The notes beneath the pieces are model-generated. The model saw only the letters and a program-made list of their open reading frames with translations. It did not search any database and was not told where the DNA came from. Below are positions 18,959-27,901 of a stretch of 32,000 nt of DNA, piece by piece. The stretch is from Paramicrosporidium saccamoebae KSL3 (taxonomy: Eukaryota > Fungi > Cryptomycota): the NCBI GenBank assembly GCA_002794465.1, contig MTSL01000169.1:76546-108545 (forward strand), written 5' to 3'. Every line of letters starts with the position of its first letter. Position 1 is the stretch's first letter. The translations under genes and the position numbers were made by a program.

Positions 18959-21859
18959 TTAGTTTAAATTTGCAATAATCTCGGCATAGCCTTGACGAAT
19001 CTGTCGTTCATAATCTTGTTTGCCCTCAATCAAGCGGCCGCAGAGGGACAAGCTAAGCTCGCAGAATTTCTTTGCCCAATCCATCTCACCAATTCTAATG
19101 CCATTAGTTTTGGCTATATAAAGTACTCGGTCACGGACTGACTAACGTTAAAAGCAGTGATTATTAGCCATAGAATTTCATCTTGAGGGTACTACAAAGA
19201 TTAAAATTATCAATTGCACGCTACGGAATCGGCCATCTGAACAATGTCTTTGCCTTGAGAAATCAATTCAAACGTTTCTGCAAAATCTTCATCGATCAAT
19301 GTACAGATGATCATTCCCCTAAAAAGCATGGAGAATCTCCTAACACCATCGGCGTCAGTGTCCTTTAGATTCGACTCTGAAAGCTTTTGAAGCAAAACCA
19401 AGTATACTAGAACAAATGTCAAATGCAGGCCGTACTACCTTCAGATGGTATTTTGTGAGTGGTATGAATTAGAAAATGGACAATGGATTCTGCAGAAAGA
19501 GCTCCAATTTCCTACAGTCGTACTCGCCGCTACTTGGATTACCGTAACAATTGACTTGTAGGTCTGGTCACCCTTTAGGATCAGCAAAAGAGCTTCAGTG
19601 ACGCGGATCAGTGATTCGAGGCTGCTTCGTATCCTGTGCGCAGAGCTGTGGCCTCCGGCCTTCATGCGCTTTGTAGGCGCCAGTGGGCGCATCATTTCAA
19701 TGTCATCCAGAAAGTCCTTGCCATCATTCAAGGCATGCTCCACAGCTTTGATCAAATCAGAGTCGCAATATTTGCAATGAGCGAAAGCCTCCATAAGGAT
19801 TGAAGCGAACATGATTCGTTTTTCATCATCATTACATTTCTTGGCTAGACATAGTGCCTTTGACGCAATTGCAATACATCTTTCGTGTTTCCCGGCATTG
19901 TACAAGTCAATGGCACAATTCCAAATTGAATCTAGCGCACTAGTTGACAATTTACTCAGCCCAACAACTACATGTCAGCAGTCTGTGATGAAAAGTACTC
20001 TTGGGTAAATACTTTTCAATATACTCAACACCATCAGGAAGCATTCCCGACATTGAAGCAATGTTTTCAAGACAAATGCATCGCAGCTCATCTGATAGTC
20101 CTGATGCACTTAGCGCATCCTCGAGCGCTTTAATCGATTCGCCAGGAAATTGGCATTCAAAAAAGATTCGACTAATTTCTAGTAGCCACGCAGCTGAATA
20201 TTGTGTTCGGTGCTTCTGGTAAACAGCCGATGCTACGCCATGGAATATAATCATAAGGGTACCTTGGTGTCTACGTCCCGCGCTGATGGCAATCTCAAAG
20301 ATTATCAAGGAACCCAGCTCTGTATCTTCCACGTCTCTGGCAACCTTTTCAGCTTCGTCCACCAAACTCATTTTTAAGAGGCACTGGGCCTTGAATCTAC
20401 TGATTAAACCCCGATTGCTATTTCGCTACACTCGGTATCGTTGGATGTTAGAGGAATCGTCAGAAAGTCTTAGTAGCACATCCAGAAGACTTTGAGCGAG
20501 ACTATATTTTGATTCCTACTAAATGACAAGATATTTACGTCAGTACTTTGAAACACTGTCGTGCCTTTTTGTACAGAATCGCTTCCAATTCCCAAATCTT
20601 TTTGATCCCTTTGATCCGGAACTCGTGACACTGCATCATATCCACCAGCATTGGCACTCCCTGGGCTGCTTGGATGGCCCCCAAAATTGTTGCTTTCAGA
20701 ATAACATATGACGAAAATTCAGCATCGTTGACCTTTGACAATGTCGATCGACCCTCAAAGCAGCTAAAAAGGTTCAATAGAATGTCTGGCCTAATTGTTT
20801 AGTCAATTTGACAGTTCTACTCGGTTGTCGCCTTCAACAGAGTGATAACTTGTATAAGCTCTTTTACTGTTAAATCAGAGGGAAGAGTTCCACTTGTGGA
20901 ATCCACCTGTCTAGCCGTGTTGATAACCCTTCCGCAAGGTCGATCAGAGATTGAGGGAAAAGCTTCAAAAAGCGCGCGGCAATCGTCTGGAGTTTTAAGT
21001 AAGCTCTTTTGCAGCATGTATTCAAGCGCAGATTCCACCAGATCGACCGCCATGTCTTGAGTAAATACAGTTCCGCATGTCACCAAAGCCGAAAGCACGG
21101 CCCCTGCGTCGTTTGTGATGACAGAGTTCAAGACTTGTTTAATGGCTCCTTTATCGAGTTCGCCATTAATTTTCTCCAAAGTCAACTTTACATCCTCAGA
21201 GTGTCCAAGATTCTAAAAGTAACTTTTCGGTCCCAATAGAAACCATCAACAGCTCTGCTTCATATGCCACCTGCATAACTTGAGCTGATTTCACTTTTTG
21301 CGCCGCACTGAGCATGCCGAGACGCGATTTTAACTAGCGGTGTAAGTATTGAACGGAATGCTTACCATGAAAAGTTCTTGTAGATAGAGGGTACAGTAGC
21401 CAGGCTCCGGTAGTTCCAGAAATGCTTTTGATGCAAGCGCGCACATATGCATGGCATCTAGCATTCCTAGTCAATGTTAGTGTCACAACTGCCAAGTAAT
21501 TACCATCATCGTCAAGATACTCCAATGACGTCCCTTTGAGTAAGAGAATGGCTAGCTCACGACCTAAACAATGATCCTACTGACATTCCTCTACCATATG
21601 CAGCAATCTTTTGTGTTATCATGGATTTTTGAGAGTTTCCGTTACCAAGGTGCACCATGTGGTTCCATAATTGAATTGCTTCAATAAAAAATGGAGTGTG
21701 AGCCATACCTTCACTGCGGCAGTCACCAGGCTGTAAATCACCTCTTGAGATGCACTCTGTCAATGTTGCCTTGGCATCATGGATGGCAGTCAGACATTCT
21801 TGACTATAGTCGGCAACTTTGAGATGCGCAAATAGACTTGCAAGCTTTGTCTCCAGCAT
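18959..21859 (-). CDS. TEX11: Meiotic ZMM TPR protein Zip4/Spo22/TEX11 (about 13 mini-introns, about 826 aa)
   Basis: Seven ORF-track fragments join through GT-AG introns of 30-40 nt into one frame (2901 - 420 = 2481 nt = 827 codons). N-terminus EAIQLWN...RELAILLL...ASKAFLE. C-terminus YPQDEILWLIITAFNVSQSVTEIGEMDWAKKFCELSL...DYERQIRQGY aligns without gaps to the TEX11/ZIP4 C-terminal YPxxEILWL..xxWN...AEKWCxLAL...YExQM motif as recalled. Confidence 0.8.
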
Positions 21860-21874
21860 CAATGTCGAATTTAT

Positions 21875-22699
21875 TCATGCGTTAATGTGTAATACGAGTT
21901 TTCTTCCATAAATGGAAACGGCCGCATAAAGGTCTTCATTATCGCCGACTTGGATTGAATCCCCGTCCTTGTCTTTGAACGTCAGAGAAAGGCTCGAGTC
22001 TTCAGGTATGCCCGACTTTTCCTTAATAAGTCTATCAACTAGCTCAAAGGAACAGCCCGGATCATACTCGAAAGCAAGAATGTCTCCACGACACTTTACT
22101 TTTACACGGATCTGCGACTGTGCTATGCTCAGAGACCTTTTGCTTGAATTTGTCATCGACAAGGACGGTACATTACTGTGGAGCGATACACGATCTAAGA
22201 GAGAATTGGTTCTGCTTGGCGTGCTAGGAATTTCTGTCATTCTAGGGATCTCTGAGTGGGAGTCATGCTCTGTTGGTAGAAAGAAATCAAGAACCACTCG
22301 TGTTCTACTAATATATGGTGGCAAGATGAGCAGATCGCGACAGTACTTGTCCACTGCTTGCCGCAGCTTTAGAACCATTTTGGACGGACTTGACAGAATC
22401 ATCAAGACTCGCTTTGTTGCTGGACAGGAGGGCAGTATCCGCCGATGCCCACGACGTCCAGCCTCTACTGGAAAAATGACTTTGAGAGATTCAGAGAGCT
22501 TTTGAAAGGAGGAGAGGGATTTGCGGAGATGCCAGGAGCCAGTAAGATTCTCGATGAGCAACTCAAGATGGGGATTGTTTCGGTCTGTAATATCGGCTTG
22601 GAGGGTTCTGGCCTTGGATATCTGGCATCCAGCCACCACGGAAGACATGTGGGACCTCCACCTCTCCAATTCTTGATGTGCTGCTATCTTGTCTTGCAT
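21875..22699 (-). CDS. PX + PB1 domain protein, Bem1/Scd2-like C-terminal half
   Basis: PX: FPVEAG...RILP...VDKYCRDLLILPPYISRTRVVLDFF. PB1: IRVKVKCRGDILAF...FKDKDGDSIQVGDNEDL...KLVLHI. No SH3 domain is visible. Confidence 0.8.
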   Translation of the reverse strand: MQDKIAAHQELERWRSHMSSVVAGCQISKARTLQADITDRNNPHLELLIENLTGSWHLRKSLSSFQKLSESLKVIFPVEAGRRGHRRILPSCPATKRVLMILSSPSKMVLKLRQAVDKYCRDLLILPPYISRTRVVLDFFLPTEHDSHSEIPRMTEIPSTPSRTNSLLDRVSLHSNVPSLSMTNSSKRSLSIAQSQIRVKVKCRGDILAFEYDPGCSFELVDRLIKEKSGIPEDSSLSLTFKDKDGDSIQVGDNEDLYAAVSIYGRKLVLHINA

Positions 22700-22798
22700 C
22701 CGAACAGAATGCCGCTAGCGTGTCATGCAGGCAAATAGACCCACAGAATCACAGCATGACAGACGTACTGGTAATTTCTACCGCCGTTTCATTAGAAC

Positions 22799-22882
22799 GG
22801 CAAGATGGTCGAGTGGTCTAAGACGTTAGATTCAGGTTCTAATCTCAGAAATGGGGCAAGGGTTCGAATCCCTTTCTTGTCA
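22799..22882 (+). tRNA. tRNA-Leu(CAG), intronless
   Basis: Acceptor GGCAAGA/TCTTGTC plus discriminator A; D arm with TGGTCGAGTGG; anticodon arm TTAGA-TTCAGGT-TCTAA; long variable arm TCTCA-GAAA-TGGGG; T arm AAGGG-TTCGAAT-CCCTT. Confidence 0.96.
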
Positions 22883-22886
22883 ATAC

Positions 22887-22890
22887 TTTT
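22887..22890 (+). terminator. RNA polymerase III T-tract terminator
   Basis: TTTT four nt after the tRNA discriminator base. Confidence 0.6.
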
Positions 22891-23021
22891 GCAGTGCCTG
22901 TCTAGTTGAATTTTGTCTTATTTGTATCTCCAATGTAATAGCTATGATTTTACAAAAGCTGCGAGTAGTCTACAAATTAGCAGAGTATCAACAAAGGTGA
23001 TCTCTGGGTGCCGGGGATGGG

Positions 23022-23867
23022 ATGACGATGGAGGCGAACCCTCTAGAGCTCGCTCTTCAGCAGCTTGCCAAGACCATGGGAGTAAATCTCCCTGGAGGCG
23101 AGCAACCTGTAAAAACTGAACAAAATATACAGAAGCCAGCAGCCGCCGAGGCTGCAAATGTAGTCTCGGAAGAAGAAGGAGAACTGCTCGAGGAGCCAGA
23201 CCCTTTTGTCAACCGAAAACGGGGGCAGCTCGAAGGGTCAGACCCTTCTGTCAACCGAAAACGAGACCAGAGACGGTCGCCCAGAAAGTCAGCGCCAACA
23301 TTTACGGGCGAAGTCGACGCAGAGAGTCTTCTCCGCGGCCCAAAAACCCCCAAGATGAAGCGTCCCCGGGTTGACAAAGTTGTACGACAAGAAAAAAAGG
23401 AACGCCCCAAGGTGCCTTGTCGGTATTGGATGGAAGGGAAATGCAGCAAAGGTGATGAGTGTACCTTTTCACACGCTAGCCGCCCAAACCGATCTGTGGA
23501 GGATGCCAAGAGTGAAGATGTGTGTCGTTTCCACATTGCGGGAAACTGTTTGAAGGGAGACAACTGCATGTATAGTCACGATCTGTCCAAAGTCCCATGC
23601 AAATTCTTCCATGTGAAGGGGGACTGCGGAGCGGGTGCATCATGTAGATTTTCACACGGTGCTATTAGTGAACAGGAGAGACATTTGTTGTTTGTAGAAA
23701 TGATGGGGACGAGAGATCCACGATTACCGCAGTCTAATGCGCCTGCCCGGCCGATCTCTCCGCCTCCATCACGGCCCGCTGTCACAATCGCTGTCCTGAC
23801 CAGGAATCCGACCATGATTCTAGATCCCGAGGTACAGAAATACAATCCATTTGGATCGCCATTTTAG
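23022..23867 (+). CDS. Triple CCCH zinc-finger protein (ZC3H4/6/8-like)
   Basis: CRYWMEGKCSKGDECTFSH, CRFHIAGNCLKGDNCMYSH, CKFFHVKGDCGAGASCRFSH. It also has a 42-bp internal duplication (DPFVNRKR / DPSVNRKR). The start could be 23028. Confidence 0.85.
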   Translation: MTMEANPLELALQQLAKTMGVNLPGGEQPVKTEQNIQKPAAAEAANVVSEEEGELLEEPDPFVNRKRGQLEGSDPSVNRKRDQRRSPRKSAPTFTGEVDAESLLRGPKTPKMKRPRVDKVVRQEKKERPKVPCRYWMEGKCSKGDECTFSHASRPNRSVEDAKSEDVCRFHIAGNCLKGDNCMYSHDLSKVPCKFFHVKGDCGAGASCRFSHGAISEQERHLLFVEMMGTRDPRLPQSNAPARPISPPPSRPAVTIAVLTRNPTMILDPEVQKYNPFGSPF

Positions 23868-23937
23868 AATTTGTATAATAAAACTAATCATACCGCACAA
23901 ATGGATCAATACTGGCCCGTTGTAACCCTGGCTCATA

Positions 23938-25470
23938 ATGGACGACCTATTCCGAAAACTCTCTTCGGGAGCCCGTTTTTCGCAGAAATCGTATCGCGCC
24001 GAGAAGCGCCGCGATCTAAAACTGCAGAATAGCGACAAGAAACACACGACGCAAGAGAGGGACGACGAACTCGACTTTTTCGGATCCCAGACGGCCACGA
24101 CAGAGCCGGCTGCGGCTCGGACAACGGAACCTATTGGGAAACGGCCCATGTTCAAGACCGAAACAGATATGCATGTATTCCGGAAGGAACAAGAGATAAA
24201 AGTGTATGGTGAAGATGTACCTCGGCCAATACGCAAGTTTCGTGACCTTTGTCGACCAGACTATGGCGTCCCTGAGGAGATGGTGGAAGCACTCGTTGCG
24301 GCTGGACTGAAAAAGCCCACGCCAGTGCAGACACAGGCCACTACTGTGCTCCTTGCTGGCCGAGATGCCTTTATCACTGCTCCCACAGGATCGGGGAAGA
24401 CCCTCGTCTTTGTCTTGGCGATACTCTCGCGACTGCTTAAGACTGAAGAACGGAGTGGAAAGATTGAGGCAGTGATAATATCGCCTACAAGAGAGCTGGC
24501 TGCGCAGATACGAAACGAGTTTCGTCGTTTCACACCCACACTGGCTGGTAAGCCCGTCATAGGCAGTGTTCTGCTCAATAAGGCCGTCCTGAATTCGTGG
24601 CAAAGCAAGCCCCCAAAGACCTTTCCCTCGATCCTAATTACTACGCCGAAGCGACTGGTGCATGGAATTGAGAAAAAGATTATTGACTTGTCGCTGACAA
24701 GTCAACTAATGTTAGATGAGGCAGACAAGCTGCTGGATTTGGGACTAATGGAGCAGATTGACGATATCTTGGCAGCCTGCACCTACAAGGATGGACCGAT
24801 ACAAAAGGCGCTGTTTAGTGCAACAATCCCCACCGGAGTGGAGGAGCTGGCCCGATCGTTTATGAATGCGGATCCGGTAAGAGTGACCGTGGGCACTTTG
24901 AATGGAGCAACCAAGACGATCAAACAGAAACTCGTCTATGTGGGTCAGGAAGAGGGAAAGCTGATGGCTATCCGGCAGATGCTTGCCAAAGGTGTGGAGC
25001 CCCCCGTTATTATCTTTACCGAGACGATTGATCGTGCGCAAGAGCTGTTCCGCGAGTTAGTGCAGCACGGAATTAACGCAGACATTATCCATTCGTCGCG
25101 TAGTCAGACGGACCGTGAACGCGTAATCACACAATTCCGGAACGGTCGCATTTGGTTCCTAATCACCACAGAACTGCTTGCACGGGGTCTCGACTTTCCG
25201 GCCGTGTCCTGCGTCATCAACTACGACTTTCCTCTCAGCACAGCCAGTTACATCCATCGCATTGGTCGCACTGGTCGGGCCGGCAAGCGTGGCAAGGCAA
25301 TTACATTCTTTACGCGTGAAGACGCGGATGCTCTGCGCATTGTGGCCAATGTGATGCGTCAGTCGGGCTGCGAGGTGCCGGAATGGATGCTGCAGCTGGA
25401 CCGCAAAAAGACCAAAGACATTTTATATAATAGAAAGCGCAAGAACCGAGAGGAGGAAGTAGTAGTGTAA
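23938..25470 (+). CDS. ROK1: DEAD-box RNA helicase Rok1/DDX52
   Basis: MDDLFRKLSSGARF N-terminus typical of DDX52; PTPVQ, APTGSGKT, SPTRELAAQI, LDEADKL, FSAT, LLARGLDF, YIHRIGRTGRAG. Confidence 0.94.
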   Translation: MDDLFRKLSSGARFSQKSYRAEKRRDLKLQNSDKKHTTQERDDELDFFGSQTATTEPAAARTTEPIGKRPMFKTETDMHVFRKEQEIKVYGEDVPRPIRKFRDLCRPDYGVPEEMVEALVAAGLKKPTPVQTQATTVLLAGRDAFITAPTGSGKTLVFVLAILSRLLKTEERSGKIEAVIISPTRELAAQIRNEFRRFTPTLAGKPVIGSVLLNKAVLNSWQSKPPKTFPSILITTPKRLVHGIEKKIIDLSLTSQLMLDEADKLLDLGLMEQIDDILAACTYKDGPIQKALFSATIPTGVEELARSFMNADPVRVTVGTLNGATKTIKQKLVYVGQEEGKLMAIRQMLAKGVEPPVIIFTETIDRAQELFRELVQHGINADIIHSSRSQTDRERVITQFRNGRIWFLITTELLARGLDFPAVSCVINYDFPLSTASYIHRIGRTGRAGKRGKAITFFTREDADALRIVANVMRQSGCEVPEWMLQLDRKKTKDILYNRKRKNREEEVVV

Positions 25471-25497
25471 GCGATATAATAGAATTGTGGTTATGAT

Positions 25498-25753
25498 CGT
25501 CGCGTAGTGGGGGTAAATAGTATGGACGGGAAGGGGGATTGTTCACTGCTAATCCTAGAATAGTATGGATGCACATGTCGCGTAGTGGGGATAAATAGTA
25601 TGCATACATGTCTTACTGTCCCCAAATACCCAGCAAAGCGATCCACTCTAGCACACAAATACGTCTCACTGTCCTCAAATACCCAGCAACTCGGTCTTCT
25701 CCAAACTAGGGAACTATTTCCAAAGGCCATGTTAATCAATCTTCTACGTCACA
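25498..25753 (+). mobile_element. TGT...ACA insertion element, copy 3 (256 bp; first base C instead of T)
   Basis: CGTCGCGTAGTGGGGGTAAATAGTATG...TTCTACGTCACA; exact TSD TGAT (25494-25497 / 25754-25757). Confidence 0.92.
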
Positions 25754-25986
25754 TGATAGCGGTGAATGCATGATGGGCTTCTACATTAGATGTTATCGGG
25801 GGAACAGTCACACAAATATAGTATCGCTGATAGTACGGGGTAATGCTATCGCTATAAAGATTGCACACATTGCATCAACACTAATACATCACGGATCACA
25901 CCAATATTAGTACGTTGCGGATACAATGGTCGCGTTGGCAACAGAATGGTCGAGATTGTTATGGCTGCCAATCGACAGTGTGCAGT

Positions 25987-26880
25987 ATGAAGACTTGGAC
26001 GTTCATTCTTTTGCTTATTTTCGTCCCCTTCATTGCTGCAGTAGAGCCGGGAGTCGATGAATTCCTATGGGACGGCGAGGATGAATTAAAACTGGCCGGA
26101 CAGATTCAACCGGTTGCCTTCGTAGCAGAACTGTGCACCATCGGCGCCTGCCAAACGGGCACCTTTACTCCGGCGACAAGAAACCCCGAGGTGACAACTT
26201 ATACCATCTTGACCACCTCCTGGACGACCGAATTTACTACAAAAACGCAGGTCACACAATTTACATTGACCACTACCAGCACGCGCACCCTCACCACGAC
26301 CATTACGAATAATGCGCTCTCCGTAACCATACGCACCTCCTTCACCACCATTCCTCTGACCGTCACCGCCCACACCTCACTGACCCGCTACGTCTTTTCC
26401 GATGACACTGTCCTTACCACCGTCACATCCACCACCATGATCTTTACCAGTCTCTCCTTTTCCCTGAGAACTGCCCGCACAACCACTACCACCTCCACTA
26501 CTCTTGTCCGACGTTCCACCATTGTTCAGTCCTTCCAGGTCTCTGTCACCAGCACCAACACCATCTTCTTCACCACCACCACCATTGGATCCTTTGTCAC
26601 CTTTACCGCTCTCGAAGTCACCACTGTCACCACCACTCTTCTCACCCAAAACTTTTTCGTCTTTGAGACGAGCACCGAGCCTGGCGGTTTTGTCACCGCC
26701 ACCATAAGCTTGCAGCCATCCACATTCACTGAATCAGTGTTCACGGAGGCCACTGTGACTGTGCCCTTCTTCCAACTCGATTTTGTCTTTGACACAACGA
26801 CGTTTACTGAGACGGTTCCCTTAGCCACAGCGACCTCGACAAATCTCTTTTCCTCCATCGGCTACTCGTACTATATATAA
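25987..26880 (+). CDS. Secreted Thr/Val/Phe-rich protein A
   Basis: Signal peptide MKTWTFILLLIFVPFIAA, a Cys pair (LCTIGAC), then about 230 aa of Thr-rich beta-type sequence. No obvious TM or GPI tail. Confidence 0.8.
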   Translation: MKTWTFILLLIFVPFIAAVEPGVDEFLWDGEDELKLAGQIQPVAFVAELCTIGACQTGTFTPATRNPEVTTYTILTTSWTTEFTTKTQVTQFTLTTTSTRTLTTTITNNALSVTIRTSFTTIPLTVTAHTSLTRYVFSDDTVLTTVTSTTMIFTSLSFSLRTARTTTTTSTTLVRRSTIVQSFQVSVTSTNTIFFTTTTIGSFVTFTALEVTTVTTTLLTQNFFVFETSTEPGGFVTATISLQPSTFTESVFTEATVTVPFFQLDFVFDTTTFTETVPLATATSTNLFSSIGYSYYI

Positions 26881-27146
26881 CTGACCAGTGCCAGCGCATT
26901 GTAGACTCACAGATCGATGATAAAGATAATGTTGATGAGCAAAAGTCGGGTTTACTAAAGTACGTGGCTTCTTTACAAGCAGCCATCCTTAATATGACAG
27001 GAATGGAATGAGGATGGAGGCATCTTTGCTGCTCGTCGATAGAGTCCTATCCCTGATCCATAATGCATAATAAAGGATACATGATAAATATAATCTCTCT
27101 CTCCCCCCCCCCACATGATGGTATTATTAAATTTATTAAAAATTTG

Positions 27147-27845
27147 ATGCGGATTAGGGCCTTGTGGCAACTAGACTTGCTTAAACGAAACATTCGCAAC
27201 CTTTTCATACAGACAGAAAGCACGCCGAATGAAAATTCCCTCAAATTCAAACCAGGCCAGCCCGTTACCGGCAGCACCAAAGTGCTGGAATTCCTGGACC
27301 CCAACAGTGCCCGTCGCTCTTCGGAGCTGGCCGATGACATTTTCCGTCTCAGCGGGGTACGAGGTGTCATGTTCGGCAGCGACTTTATCACAGTCACCAA
27401 GACTCCCGAGGTGAAATGGACACAGCTGAAACCGTCCATCTACGCAGCAATCATGGATTTCCTCAGCACAGGCCGTCCCCTGATCAAAGAGGTACCGTCC
27501 GAGCCGGAACAAAAGGAGGGGGACTATCGACAGGAGGACCATGAGGTTGTGATGATGATCAAAGAGATCCTGGACACGCGGATCCGACCAACGGTGCAGG
27601 ATGATGGCGGAGATGTGCAATTCGTCTCATTCCACGACGGAATTGTAGCACTACAGTTGAAGGGAGCCTGTCGGTCCTGCTCATCGTCTGTTGTTACCTT
27701 AAAGCTCGGAATTGAAAACATGCTAATGCACTACATTCCCGAAGTAAAGGAGGTGCGCCAGGTAGAGGACCCGCTGGAAAAGGCATCGGAAGAGTACTTT
27801 CAGCAGGTTGAGCGTAGCACAAAGAACCCGGATGACCGCGAATAA
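27147..27845 (+). CDS. NFU1: Mitochondrial Fe-S scaffold/carrier Nfu1
   Basis: Presequence-like MRIRALWQL..., LFIQTESTPNENSLKF, IRPTVQDDGGDV, LKGACRSCSSSVVTLKLGIENMLMHYIPEV (CxxC). Confidence 0.95.
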   Translation: MRIRALWQLDLLKRNIRNLFIQTESTPNENSLKFKPGQPVTGSTKVLEFLDPNSARRSSELADDIFRLSGVRGVMFGSDFITVTKTPEVKWTQLKPSIYAAIMDFLSTGRPLIKEVPSEPEQKEGDYRQEDHEVVMMIKEILDTRIRPTVQDDGGDVQFVSFHDGIVALQLKGACRSCSSSVVTLKLGIENMLMHYIPEVKEVRQVEDPLEKASEEYFQQVERSTKNPDDRE

Positions 27846-27901
27846 AGCCAAATTGTTGGCATGACAACCCGTCGCTTATTTATAGCATCGAAGGGGGAAT
27901 A

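Noticed and set aside
22799-22882. tRNA with CAG anticodon as a sign of CUG codon reassignment (Ser or Ala)
   Set aside because: It has Leu identity features (A73 discriminator, A35, G37), and CTG occupies conserved Leu positions, e.g. REL in ROK1 motif Ia.
26881-27010. Protein-like frame (RIVDSQIDDKDNVDEQ...) after Thr-rich protein A as a spliced C-terminal extension
   Set aside because: No GT donor in the required phase; the candidate intron GTACTA...CAG leads to an immediate stop.
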